NCBI GenBank assembly: GCA_963666365.2
Contig: CAXXNF010000001.1
Location: forward strand, 416,001 to 480,000
Direction of reading: 5' to 3'
Length of the DNA stretch: 64,000 nucleotides
Source of the DNA: Syntrophales bacterium
GTDB taxonomy: Bacteria > Desulfobacterota > Syntrophia > Syntrophales > UBA2210
Shown one piece after another: positions 49,193 to 59,335 of the stretch (positions are counted from its first letter, which is position 1; the number at the start of each line of letters is the position of its first letter). The translations under genes were made by a program, and so were the position numbers. The notes beneath the pieces were generated by a model. It was given only the letters and a program-made list of their open reading frames with translations, had not been told where the DNA came from and made no database searches.

Positions 49193-49244
49193 GCTCTTCT
49201 TTTTATGCGAAGGCGATGTTTACCACTGAGGAGGATTTTACCAT

Positions 49245-49592
49245 ATGAACATTCTCGAGATGATCGATAGAGAACAGATGAGAACGGATGTTCCCGCTTT
49301 TAAACCGGGCGATACCGTCAAAGTACACGTAAAAATTATTGAAGGTCAGAAAGAACGCATCCAGGTATTTCAGGGAACGGTGATAAAGAAAAAGGGAGGA
49401 CAGAGCAGGTCCACCTTTACTGTTCGAAAAATATCATCAGGCATCGGCGTCGAACGTACCTTCCCCATGCATTCTCCTGTCATTGACAAAATTGAAGTAA
49501 CCATGAGGGGAAAAGTTCGGCGCGCTAAACTATACTATCTCAGAGGACTCAAAGGAAAGAAGGCCAGGATAAAAGAATTTGGCAGACAATAA
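49245..49592 (+). CDS. rplS: 50S ribosomal protein L19
   Basis: F.PGDTVKV, GVER.FP and [10 protein letters not shown]. Confidence 0.99.
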   Translation: MNILEMIDREQMRTDVPAFKPGDTVKVHVKIIEGQKERIQVFQGTVIKKKGGQSRSTFTVRKISSGIGVERTFPMHSPVIDKIEVTMRGKVRRAKLYYLRGLKGKKARIKEFGRQ

Positions 49593-50186
49593 ATGGACGC
49601 CTTTGAATCGCAGGCCCGTCGGCTGGGCTTCTCCATCATTGCGGGAGTCGACGAGGTGGGAAGGGGGCCTCTCGCAGGTCCTGTAACCGCGGCTGCGGTA
49701 ATATTGCCCGAAAATTACAAGAACAGTGAGATCCGCGATTCAAAAAAACTTACACCCGCCCGAAGAGAAACGCTCTTCGATGTCATTACGGAGGATGCCC
49801 TTTCGATTGGTATAGGTTTCGTAGAACCGTCGATTATAGACGAAATTAACATACTCAGGGCATCCCTTCTTGCCATGCAAAAAGCGGTCTTGAATCTCGA
49901 TCTCTCTCCTGATTTTATTCTCATAGACGGCATCCATACCCTCGATGTCCCTGTTCCCCAGAAAACGATTGTAAAGGGAGACTCCCTCAGCCTTTCCATT
50001 GCGGCGGCCTCTATTATTGCCAAAGTTTCCAGAGATCACATCATGGACAGATACCATGTACAGTATTCCCAATATAACTTCGCAAAAAACAAGGGATACG
50101 GCACCAGTGAACATCGAGAGGCGATAAAAAAGTATGGCGTCTGTAAGATCCACAGAAAATCCTTCAAGGTCAAATTTGACGAGTAG
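49593..50186 (+). CDS. rnhB: Ribonuclease HII
   Basis: GVDEVGRGPLAGP, DSKKL and AASIIAKV.RD. Confidence 0.98.
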   Translation: MDAFESQARRLGFSIIAGVDEVGRGPLAGPVTAAAVILPENYKNSEIRDSKKLTPARRETLFDVITEDALSIGIGFVEPSIIDEINILRASLLAMQKAVLNLDLSPDFILIDGIHTLDVPVPQKTIVKGDSLSLSIAAASIIAKVSRDHIMDRYHVQYSQYNFAKNKGYGTSEHREAIKKYGVCKIHRKSFKVKFDE

Positions 50187-50538
50187 GGAAACGGGAGCAG
50201 CGGGAGAACGACTTGCCGCCGCTTATCTTGAAAAGAAGGGTTACACCATAGCCGAACGCAACTACCGGTGCATCTTCGGTGAAATCGATCTTATCGCACG
50301 GGACGGGAGCACCATCGTTTTTATAGAGGTAAAAAGCAGAAGATCAAAGGAGTTCGGTGATCCGGAAAGTTCCGTCGGCAGAACAAAACAAATAAAACTT
50401 TCGAAGATTGCCCTTGCCTATCTCAATGAACGCAATTTTGAAAACCAGTCGGCGCGTTTCGATGTAATCGCGATTCTTATGCAAAGAAACGGAAATGAAA
50501 TAAGGCACATACAAAACGCCTTCGAACTGGCATTTTAA
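50176..50538 (+). CDS. YraN (UPF0102) nuclease-like protein
   Basis: G..GE..A..YL, GEIDLIA, F.EVK.R and RFDVI. Start TTG 50176 or ATG 50134. Confidence 0.9.
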   Translation: MTSRETGAAGERLAAAYLEKKGYTIAERNYRCIFGEIDLIARDGSTIVFIEVKSRRSKEFGDPESSVGRTKQIKLSKIALAYLNERNFENQSARFDVIAILMQRNGNEIRHIQNAFELAF

Positions 50539-50542
50539 TATC

Positions 50543-51385
50543 ATGAAAAAAGGAACGCTGTACATCGTCGCCACCCCCATCGGAAACCTCGAGGACATTA
50601 CCTTTCGGGCGCTTCGCGTCCTTAAAGAGGTAGGTCTCATTGCGGCGGAAGATACAAGGAGGACAAGAAAACTTTTATCGGCTTACGGAATTTCCACACA
50701 TGCCACAAGCCTCTATGATCACAATGAACGCGAAAAAAGCAGCCTTATTATATCAAAACTTGAAGAGGGCATTGATGTTGCCTATGTTTCTGACGCCGGC
50801 ACACCGGGTATTTCCGACCCCGGATATCTGTTGGTCAAGGAATCTCTTGCACGTTCGATTCAGGTGTCGGCGGTTCCCGGCCCCTCGGCGGTAATCGCCG
50901 CCCTGAGCATCTCCGGTCTTCCGCTGGACCGTTTCTGTTTTCACGCTTTTCTCCCGCAGAGACAAGGCCCACGCCGCAAGCTTTTGTATACCCTCAAGGG
51001 GGAATCACGAACCATGGTGTTTTATGAATCTCCCAGGCGGCTTCTTGCCGCACTCCGGGACATAAGGAGCATTCTCGGAAATCGGAACATCGCCCTATCC
51101 CGGGAATTAACGAAGATTCATGAGGAAACATTGCGGGGACCGGTGTCTTCAATTATCGACCTGTTGGAAGTAAGAACCGTCAAGGGGGAAATCACTCTGG
51201 TCGTGGCGGGCGCCGGCGCTGATGACACCAATGAACCATCGCCGGAAGCGCTTTGGACCAATTTTCAGGAAATCCAGAACAACGCCCATCTTTCGACGCG
51301 GGATGCCGTCGATCTGATTGCAACGCAAAAGGGCCTTTCGCGCAAGAGCGTATATGACACCATTCTGACGTTTCTTAAAAAGTGA
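50543..51385 (+). CDS. rsmI: 16S rRNA Cm1402 methyltransferase
   Basis: VATPIGNLEDI, SDAGTPGISDPG and RELTK.HE. Confidence 0.98.
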   Translation: MKKGTLYIVATPIGNLEDITFRALRVLKEVGLIAAEDTRRTRKLLSAYGISTHATSLYDHNEREKSSLIISKLEEGIDVAYVSDAGTPGISDPGYLLVKESLARSIQVSAVPGPSAVIAALSISGLPLDRFCFHAFLPQRQGPRRKLLYTLKGESRTMVFYESPRRLLAALRDIRSILGNRNIALSRELTKIHEETLRGPVSSIIDLLEVRTVKGEITLVVAGAGADDTNEPSPEALWTNFQEIQNNAHLSTRDAVDLIATQKGLSRKSVYDTILTFLKK

Positions 51386-51552
51386 GGGGATTTAGCACGC
51401 TCTTCCGGCGATATACGAATCAATCAATGTCCCCCTTGCCCGATCAACACATGAAAGGGGCGCACTCGCCGGATAAAAAGCGGTGGAAATCGATTCACTA
51501 AAAGTGGTATTATAATAGGCTGTATCGACAGCACATACAGGCGGAGGTTTCA

Positions 51553-52860
51553 ATGACACACTTATTACGAAAAAAGGGCTCTGTCGCTCTCTTCATCACT
51601 GTACTGTGGGCCCTCTTTATTATCAGCGGATTCCGGGGAACTGCGCCTGCCTTTTCGGCAGACTGGCAAACCTATAAAAATTTAAAAAAATTCAATGAAA
51701 TACTCGATATGATCGAAAGCAACTATGTGGAAGAGGTTGATCCATCGTCGGCCATCAAAGGTGCAATAGATGGAATGATGAAGACTCTCGATCCGCACAG
51801 TACATATCTGACCGAAGAAATGTACAAAGAGCTTCAGGTGGAGACAAAGGGATTCTTCGGCGGTCTTGGAATCGTAATATCCATAAAGGATGAAGCCCTT
51901 ACCATTGTGGCGCCGGTAGAAGACACCCCGGCTTTTAAAGCGGGGGTGAAGGCGGGAGACAAAATCATTAAAATCGAAGGAAAAGATACCAAGGGCATTA
52001 CGATTATGGATGCCGTCCATAAGTTGAGAGGGCCCAAGAACACGGATGTCACCATCACCATTATGCGGGAAGGCTTGAAAGAAGAAAAAGATTTCACCAT
52101 TACCAGAGACATCATAAAGATAAAAAGTGTCAAACATCGTATGTTTCCGGACAATATAGGGTACATCAGAATCGCTTCGTTTCAGGAAAGCACCACCGAT
52201 GAGTTGAGAACGGCCCTGGACGCCATTGACGGACCGGACCATCCTCTGCGAGGCCTGGTGGTGGATTTACGGAACAATCCCGGCGGACTGCTTGACCAGG
52301 CCATAACCGTGTCGGATCACTTTTTAAAATCAGGAACGATTGTCTCCACACGGGGAAGAAAACAGAACTCGGAACGGATTTATACCGCCGAAGACAACGG
52401 CAGGGAACCGGAATGTCCCATTGTCATATTGATCAACGGCGGGAGTGCAAGCGCATCCGAAATTGTGTCGGGCGCGCTGCATGACAACGGCAGGGCAGTC
52501 CTGCTGGGCACCCAGACATTCGGAAAGGGAGTTATGCAGGTCATTATTCCCCTTCGCGACGGATCGGCACTGAAACTGACCACGGCGAAATATTTTACCC
52601 CCAGTGGAGAATCGATTCAGGCAAAGGGAATCACTCCCGATATCACAGTAAATCATGTAGTGCCTGTGTCGGAAAAAAATAATGAAACACCGCAGAGACT
52701 CCGAGAAAAAGACCTCGAAGGACATATTAAAGGCGACCACGCTGAAGAAGAAAAAGAGGGATCTGCAAAAGAGGGTGATATAAAAATCGATAACCAGTTA
52801 CGGCAGGCCCTTGACCTCCTCAAAGGATGGGATTTGCTCGCCAAGATGCGGAATTCATAG
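51553..52860 (+). CDS. S41 carboxy-terminal processing protease
   Basis: PDZ GLGI, DLRNNPGGLL, SASASE and TFGKG. Confidence 0.95.
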   Translation: MTHLLRKKGSVALFITVLWALFIISGFRGTAPAFSADWQTYKNLKKFNEILDMIESNYVEEVDPSSAIKGAIDGMMKTLDPHSTYLTEEMYKELQVETKGFFGGLGIVISIKDEALTIVAPVEDTPAFKAGVKAGDKIIKIEGKDTKGITIMDAVHKLRGPKNTDVTITIMREGLKEEKDFTITRDIIKIKSVKHRMFPDNIGYIRIASFQESTTDELRTALDAIDGPDHPLRGLVVDLRNNPGGLLDQAITVSDHFLKSGTIVSTRGRKQNSERIYTAEDNGREPECPIVILINGGSASASEIVSGALHDNGRAVLLGTQTFGKGVMQVIIPLRDGSALKLTTAKYFTPSGESIQAKGITPDITVNHVVPVSEKNNETPQRLREKDLEGHIKGDHAEEEKEGSAKEGDIKIDNQLRQALDLLKGWDLLAKMRNS

Positions 52861-52863
52861 GTT

Positions 52864-53703
52864 TTGAAAAAGAAACATAACAAAAAAAGGATATCTCTAG
52901 TATCGGTTTCGCTGTATGTTCTGTTCTTCATCATTGCCATCGTTTTTTTGTACTGCACCTCTCACGATACAAAGGAACAAAGCGACGAGGGAGAAAAACT
53001 AAAAATCGAACAGAAAAAAATAACGATTGCCCGTCCTTCTAAAAAACTGGCAATCGTTATCGATGACATCGGGTATGACTTAGATGCGGTTGAAAGGCTG
53101 CTCGATCTCGATATCCCACTGACCCTGTCAGTGTTGCCCTACTGCCCATACTCAGAAGCGGCAGCGCGGAGGGCACACCAGGCCGGCAGAGAAGTCATGC
53201 TGCACATTCCCATGGAACCGAAGGGGCATCCTAAAAAAAACCCTGGAGAAGGGGCCCTTCTTATTACCATGACACATCAGGAAATCGAGGATGCACTAGC
53301 CCGTGCCATGGATTCCGTCCCCTTTATTGCCGGAGCAAATAATCACATGGGATCACTTTTCATGGAGGATAAAGAAAAGGTGCACACGGTGCTGGCGGCC
53401 CTCAAAAAGCAAGGCCTATACTTTCTTGACAGCGTAACCACCAGCGAATCGAAGGGGAGACAGGCCGCCCTTGCCACGGGTATCAGATATGGGGCACGAG
53501 ACATATTCATCGACAACAGTCACGAAACTGAAGATACCTGCACAAGTATCCTTAATGTCATCAATGAACGCAACAACTGGGAAACGCTTATTGCCATCGG
53601 CCATCCCTATAAAAGTACGGTGACCGCTCTGAAGCAGGTGATTCCCGACTTACAAGAAAAGGGAATTGCAATCGTGCCCTTATCAGAAATAATAGGACCG
53701 TAG
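52864..53703 (+). CDS. Divergent polysaccharide deacetylase (YibQ family)
   Basis: IVIDDIG, H.PMEP, NNHMGS and AIGHP. Confidence 0.93.
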   Translation: MKKKHNKKRISLVSVSLYVLFFIIAIVFLYCTSHDTKEQSDEGEKLKIEQKKITIARPSKKLAIVIDDIGYDLDAVERLLDLDIPLTLSVLPYCPYSEAAARRAHQAGREVMLHIPMEPKGHPKKNPGEGALLITMTHQEIEDALARAMDSVPFIAGANNHMGSLFMEDKEKVHTVLAALKKQGLYFLDSVTTSESKGRQAALATGIRYGARDIFIDNSHETEDTCTSILNVINERNNWETLIAIGHPYKSTVTALKQVIPDLQEKGIAIVPLSEIIGP

Positions 53704-53709
53704 ACTGCC

Positions 53710-55440
53710 ATGATGAACCCTATCGTCACAGTCGTGAAAACTATACCCTGCCTGGCGCTCGCCCTCCTGCTGTGTGCATGCGCCGGCTCTCCCCGGCACG
53801 GAGGATATACACCTCATCTAGATGATATAATTATGGATGTCGCGCCTTTGGAAACAAGCTATTATCACTACTCCCTGGGTGTGCTCTTCACGCTCAATAA
53901 AAAATATGAACAAGCAATCGAGGAGTACAAAAAAGCGTTGACCCTCGATGAGCACTCACCATTTTTGATGGCTGAACTCGCCACGATATACGTAAGAAAG
54001 GGAGATCTGACTTCCGCGGCGGAAATTTTAGAAAAGTCCCTTATATACCATCCCGACTACAAGGACACACATCTCCTCCTTGGAGGAATATACGGCAAAT
54101 TAAAAGAATACGACAATGCCATCAAAGAGTATCACACCATTATCAGCCTTGATCCCGCCATAGTCGAACCCTATATCCTTCTGAGCTTTCTCTATGGAGA
54201 ACAGAAAAAGTATGACCAGGCCATTTCCACGCTTATGCAGCTTCTGAAACAGGATCAAGGGAATCATATGGGGACCTACTACCTTGCCAAAATTTATGGA
54301 GAAATGCAGCGGTATCACGAGGCAATAGAGTGGATGGAAAAAACTGTCGCACTGAGCCCTGATTTCGAATCAGCAACTGTCGAGTTGGGGCTGCTCTATC
54401 AAATGGAAGACAATCATACACAAGCCATAGAACTCTATCGAAACTACATCACGCGTAACCCCGAGAATACCGATATCAGGCAGCGGCTCGGAAAACTGCT
54501 GCTCAAGCATGAGCATTACAGGGAAGCGGCTCAAGAATTTGAGGACATACTTAAAATTGACGGCTCACTCAAGGATGCCCGATTTTCTCTTGGTCTCTCC
54601 TACTTATTGGGAAACATTGACCTTGATCGGGCCTCGAGACTCTTTCGCGACATCCTTCATCAGCATCCTCAGGATGAAAGGGCCCGCTACTTCATTGCAT
54701 CCACCTGTGAAGCAATGGGTCTGAGTACCGAGGCGCTCGATGAATTTGAAAAGATACCTCCTTCCTCCAATTTCTTTGTTCCGGCCAGAATCCACATGGG
54801 CCTCATCATGAAACAGCTAGGCAGTGCGGATAAGGCCATCGAGATCATCAGCAACGCTATCGAGACAGGAAAAGAGGACACTGAGCTCTACAATATTCTG
54901 GCCTCTTTCCAGAAAGATGAACGGCAGTATGAACGGGCAGTCGGCACTCTCACCAAAGGATTGAAGGCAATCCCCGAAAGCATTGAATTGCGATACAGCC
55001 TGGGCGTATTATATGAAAAAATGGGCCGTTTTGATGAAGGAATCAGCATGATGAAAGAGATCATCGAACTGGATCCCGACAACGCAGAGGCTCTGAATTT
55101 TATCGGCTACAGCTACGCTGACAGGGGCGTCAATCTCGAAGAGGCGGAAACGCTTCTTATAAAGGCCGTCGAGCTCAAACCGGGAAACGGCTACATAACA
55201 GACAGCCTCGGCTGGCTTTATTTTCGACAGAATAAGATAGCCAAGGCGATCACTCTCCTTGAAAAGGCGGCGTCATTGCTTCCCGATGACCCGACCATTG
55301 CCGAACATCTGGGTGACGCATACGCAAAGGGCGGTTATATCAAAAAGGCGCTCGCCCTTTACAAAACGATCTTAAAAGAGAATCCTGAGCATATATTAAT
55401 CAAGAAAAAGATCGAAGCTTTGATCAAGACGGCGCCGTAA
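53710..55440 (+). CDS. TPR-repeat lipoprotein
   Basis: Lipobox-like LCAC, many TPRs, and ALNFIGYSYAD...DSLGW. Confidence 0.9.
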   Translation: MMNPIVTVVKTIPCLALALLLCACAGSPRHGGYTPHLDDIIMDVAPLETSYYHYSLGVLFTLNKKYEQAIEEYKKALTLDEHSPFLMAELATIYVRKGDLTSAAEILEKSLIYHPDYKDTHLLLGGIYGKLKEYDNAIKEYHTIISLDPAIVEPYILLSFLYGEQKKYDQAISTLMQLLKQDQGNHMGTYYLAKIYGEMQRYHEAIEWMEKTVALSPDFESATVELGLLYQMEDNHTQAIELYRNYITRNPENTDIRQRLGKLLLKHEHYREAAQEFEDILKIDGSLKDARFSLGLSYLLGNIDLDRASRLFRDILHQHPQDERARYFIASTCEAMGLSTEALDEFEKIPPSSNFFVPARIHMGLIMKQLGSADKAIEIISNAIETGKEDTELYNILASFQKDERQYERAVGTLTKGLKAIPESIELRYSLGVLYEKMGRFDEGISMMKEIIELDPDNAEALNFIGYSYADRGVNLEEAETLLIKAVELKPGNGYITDSLGWLYFRQNKIAKAITLLEKAASLLPDDPTIAEHLGDAYAKGGYIKKALALYKTILKENPEHILIKKKIEALIKTAP

Positions 55441-55486
55441 AAAATGCAATGTGCGGCATTTAGAAAGGAAGGGTCTGTTCACAGAT

Positions 55487-56299
55487 ATGAGGACACAGTG
55501 TTTTGTGCCGCTGCTTTCGTTGATTCTCACGGCGTGTATTCTCGGCTGCATGACGAAAGAACCGTCTCATGTTCTCACATCAGCAACGCTGAGTGATGAT
55601 CTGATTGAACGGGCATTTCATGCTCATCGAAGTGGCGAAACGATGCGGGCAATCGCGCGAATAGCCATCGACAAAAAGGAATCTTCCGTCTCCCGGCGGT
55701 TTGCAGTTGCGGTGGCCCGTCCTTCGAAACTGAGAATAGAATCACTTCCCCTATTCGGTCCGCCCGACTTTCTTCTTTCTTTTTGCGACGGTACTTTTAA
55801 GGTCTATGTACCGGAGGCTTCGAAGTTTTATGTGGGGAAGGCAACCGGAAAAAACCTCCTTGCATTTTTCAATATTAACCTCTCTCCCACTGCAATAACT
55901 TCATTAATGACAGGCGCCCCACCCCTTTCGCCGCGCGTCGCAACGCGCCTCTCAGGATACCACGACGGGGAAGGACGACTGCGCATTGACCTTCACGAAG
56001 GAGAGAAGGTGCTTCAATCCCTCTGGCTGAACGCAGACCTTCAGATATCAGAGCTTGAGATAAATGAAGGTACTGACAGTACACCCTTGAAGGCCTTTTT
56101 TTCAGACTATCAGGCTGCTGCGCCTCAACATCCGGTCTACCCTCAAAAAATAACGGTTGTTGTAGAGGAACCTGAGGCAGTGACGATTGACATCCGCTAC
56201 AGGGACGTCGCCGTTTCCTATGATGACAGCGCTTCCTTTTTCGATCTTCAAGTCCCGCCTCTCCTGTCACCGATTTATATTGACGGAGGTAACAGGTAA
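55487..56299 (+). CDS. LolA/LolB-fold (DUF4292-like) putative lipoprotein
   Basis: Lipobox ILGC, RP.KLRIE.L..FG.P, YP..I and F.L.VP; follows the TPR gene. Confidence 0.6.
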   Translation: MRTQCFVPLLSLILTACILGCMTKEPSHVLTSATLSDDLIERAFHAHRSGETMRAIARIAIDKKESSVSRRFAVAVARPSKLRIESLPLFGPPDFLLSFCDGTFKVYVPEASKFYVGKATGKNLLAFFNINLSPTAITSLMTGAPPLSPRVATRLSGYHDGEGRLRIDLHEGEKVLQSLWLNADLQISELEINEGTDSTPLKAFFSDYQAAAPQHPVYPQKITVVVEEPEAVTIDIRYRDVAVSYDDSASFFDLQVPPLLSPIYIDGGNR

Positions 56300-56317
56300 G
56301 CGGTTAAAGGCTTTAAG

Positions 56318-56354
56318 AAAAAAGGCCGAAACCTTTTTAAGGGTTTCGGCCTTT
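56318..56354. terminator. Bidirectional terminator
   Basis: AAAGGCCGAAACC-loop-GGTTTCGGCCTTT between convergent operons. Confidence 0.85.
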
Positions 56355-56410
56355 ACGATTTATTTTCTTTGTTCACAGGGCGTCAGTTTTCAGCCCAAGC
56401 ACCTCTTATC

Positions 56411-57280
56411 TCACTTGATTTCAAGCAGCTTGGACCGTGCAATTTCCGCCGGAGTCGTCCCCGGAAAATCCTTCATCACTCGCTGCAGCAACAGGCGTGA
56501 ACTTGCCTTATCTCCTAATTTCAAGAAGGAAAGCGCCTGTTTGAGCAGTGCATTGGGCACCTTGTTTCCCTTGGGGTAATTTTGAATTACCTTTTCGTAC
56601 TCCAGAATTGCCTCCTCATACTTATCCTGAAAATAAAGACACTCTCCAATCCAGAACTGGGCGTTATCAGAATACTCCGTGTCGGGAAAAAGATTCAAAA
56701 ATTCCTGAAATTTCGTTTTTGCCGTTTCATACTCATGTTCAACAAACACCTTGTAGGCATCGGAGTACAACTGTTCGCTGTCCGGTTTTTCTGCAGGCAC
56801 CGACGCAGGTGTCTCCCTTTTTTTAGGCGGAACCGCTCGCGCGGCGCCGGGGCTTATCTTCAACCGGTCTTCAACAGTTCGTATCCTGGTTTCAAGATCG
56901 CCCAGAGACCCTGTCCGCTGAGAGGCAGTCCCTTCCACCGAGGAGGATTTGAGGGCCGTGATTTCAACACTCAATTCCTCCACGGCACCTCTTAATCGCC
57001 GCACCTCATCCCTGAGATTGATAATGTCGGCACCGGTATCGGCCTGATTCTTTCGAAGAACTTTCTTAAGATCCTCGTCTTGAGCGATTACTTTTCTATT
57101 TTCCGCTATCATGGCGTCATGCGCCTCGAGGGACTCCTGTAACCGCGACACATTCCCCTGGACCGTGGAGATCTGCTCACTGAGACTTCGCCTCACATAA
57201 CTCAGGTCATCAGTGGTCACACAGCCTGCCAGGGCCATTGCGAAGAAAAGCAGCAGAATTAGAACAACACGAGGGTTCAC
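56411..57280 (-). CDS. cpoB: Tol-Pal system protein CpoB/YbgF
   Basis: Lipobox LAGC, coiled coil and TPR (NAQFWIGE...P.G.K.P.ALLK). Confidence 0.92.
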   Translation of the reverse strand: MNPRVVLILLLFFAMALAGCVTTDDLSYVRRSLSEQISTVQGNVSRLQESLEAHDAMIAENRKVIAQDEDLKKVLRKNQADTGADIINLRDEVRRLRGAVEELSVEITALKSSSVEGTASQRTGSLGDLETRIRTVEDRLKISPGAARAVPPKKRETPASVPAEKPDSEQLYSDAYKVFVEHEYETAKTKFQEFLNLFPDTEYSDNAQFWIGECLYFQDKYEEAILEYEKVIQNYPKGNKVPNALLKQALSFLKLGDKASSRLLLQRVMKDFPGTTPAEIARSKLLEIK

Positions 57281-57309
57281 TTATCGACAGCTCCCAACTT
57301 TTCCACAGG

Positions 57310-57900
57310 CTATTTGTACTTTTTCCACGTCGTGGGAAACACAACAAAGTGATCCCGCCTGTTTTTCGCCCATGCTTCCTCATTGTGTCGAGGATCTAAG
57401 GGCATTTCTTCACCATAGCTTATGGTATTTACACGCGCCCCATCGACACCGAGGTTTACAAGATAACTTTTGGCTGCCTGCGCACGCCTCTCACCCAGTG
57501 CCAGGTTGTATTCGGCTGTGCCGCGCTCGTCACAGTGCCCTTCAATGTTGGCATTGAATTCGCCATATTTCAAAAGCCAGTTGGCAAGTCCGTCCAATTT
57601 GGCCCTGGCCGGCGCCTTCAGATCATACTTATCAAAATCGAAATGGATATCCTCAAAGGCAGCAGCCTCCGCCATCAGTCTTTCGCGCAGCGCCTTTTCC
57701 GCCTTCAGCGCTTCGTCATCGGCTGCTTTCTTGATCGGCGCCGGTTTGGGCGCTTCGGCTTTCACAGGTGCAGGCGGCGCCTTTATGGCAGTGTCCTCTT
57801 TCACGATGGTTTCCTCAAAACAATAGCACCCTCCAAGCGTCAGCAGCAAAAAACACGACATAACCACTACCATTCCTATCTTACAATAGTTTCGCTTCAT
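57310..57900 (-). CDS. pal: Peptidoglycan-associated lipoprotein
   Basis: HFDFD, EGHCDERGTAEYNLALGERRA, SYGEE and NRR. Confidence 0.96.
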   Translation of the reverse strand: MKRNYCKIGMVVVMSCFLLLTLGGCYCFEETIVKEDTAIKAPPAPVKAEAPKPAPIKKAADDEALKAEKALRERLMAEAAAFEDIHFDFDKYDLKAPARAKLDGLANWLLKYGEFNANIEGHCDERGTAEYNLALGERRAQAAKSYLVNLGVDGARVNTISYGEEMPLDPRHNEEAWAKNRRDHFVVFPTTWKKYK

Positions 57901-57962
57901 TCCAATACCCTCCTCTCTAAATTCGTTGATATTACAAATAGTAAGTTCAAAACGACCAAAGG

Positions 57963-59285
57963 TCAATATAAATCTAAACGGGGCGACCATGCGGGATACT
58001 TTAAAGAATCGAGCTTTGCCGCGCCATCTATTACCCGTAAATTTAAACCATTTGAATTAATTATGCAAAGTTTTTTAATTCCCCCTCTTTCAGTGACAAA
58101 GGTCAGGTATCTTCCATCGGGTGACCATGAGGGGGCTTCACATCCCCTTTCCTCGAAGGTGAGCTGTACAAAGGCACTCCCGTCTTCATCAATGATGAAG
58201 AGCTGGAAACGGCCGTTTGCTGACCCCTCGTAGGCAATCTTCCCGCCCGTGGGCGACCAGGCGGGCGACGTATTGTAGGACCCCTCGAAGGTCAATCTGC
58301 GGACATTTTTGCCGTCGGAATCCATGATAAAAATCTGCGGCGATCCCGACCGGTTTGACACAAATGCAATCTTCGATCCGTCGGGAGACCAGCAGGGCGA
58401 TACGTCAATCGCGGGATCATAGGTAAGTCTCTGGAGCCCCTTTGTCTCAAGATCCATCACATATACTTCCTCGTTGCCGTCCTTGCTGAGCGTTAACAAA
58501 ACCTTCTTACCCTCGGGAGACCAGGATGCAGCCATATTGAGACCTTGATAATTTGACAGAATCGATCTTGCGCCGCTCTTGAGATCAAGAATGTACGCAT
58601 CGGGATTTTGATGTATATAGGAGGTAAGCGAAAGACGCCCTCCATCGGTAGACCAGCGAGGCATCAAGGTCAGCGACTGGTAATCAGTAATTTTTGTAAG
58701 TCCCGTCCCGTCGAAACGGACGGTATAAATATCGGATACCTTCCCCTTTCTGCCCACAAAGGCGATTTTTGTATTATAGACGCCCCGCTCGCCGGTAAGC
58801 GCCAGCAGTACTTCTTCAGCAAACTTAATGACGATGGTTCTTCTGTCTTTCAGGGCGCCCCAATATCGCTTTCCCGTAATGAGCTTCCCCTCAACCACAT
58901 CGAAAAGCCGCACTTCCACCGATAATTGCGTACCGTCGTAGGAATACCCCCCTTTAATGAGAAAATCACAGCCCACGGGGAGCCAGTCCCCAAAATTTGT
59001 TCCCGTCACGTTAATGCCGGCACTGCGGGCATCTTCGAGAAAGGCCCCCCGTTCGATTACCCTGAAGAACCCTGTGATAGCAAGGACATCCCCCATCTCA
59101 TCGGCAAACCATGATGTCAGACCCTTGGTCCCCTCATGATCATTCAGGTTTTTAAAATCCTGCACTGCAACGGGAAATTGCTGAAAGGCCGGTGCATCAA
59201 TGTCAATATAGATCTTTCCCCAGACCGCGGGGACCCAAAGAAAAACTATTACTGCAATAGTTATGACTCCATAACGCATCTGCAT
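57963..59285 (-). CDS. tolB: TolB beta-propeller protein
   Basis: TolB N-domain plus P.WSPDG (PD40) repeats. Confidence 0.95.
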   Translation of the reverse strand: MQMRYGVITIAVIVFLWVPAVWGKIYIDIDAPAFQQFPVAVQDFKNLNDHEGTKGLTSWFADEMGDVLAITGFFRVIERGAFLEDARSAGINVTGTNFGDWLPVGCDFLIKGGYSYDGTQLSVEVRLFDVVEGKLITGKRYWGALKDRRTIVIKFAEEVLLALTGERGVYNTKIAFVGRKGKVSDIYTVRFDGTGLTKITDYQSLTLMPRWSTDGGRLSLTSYIHQNPDAYILDLKSGARSILSNYQGLNMAASWSPEGKKVLLTLSKDGNEEVYVMDLETKGLQRLTYDPAIDVSPCWSPDGSKIAFVSNRSGSPQIFIMDSDGKNVRRLTFEGSYNTSPAWSPTGGKIAYEGSANGRFQLFIIDEDGSAFVQLTFEERGCEAPSWSPDGRYLTFVTERGGIKKLCIINSNGLNLRVIDGAAKLDSLKYPAWSPRLDLY

Positions 59286-59335
59286 CGTCCAAACTTACCT
59301 TTCTCTGGCAGACGTAACGGTGGATAATAAAAACG

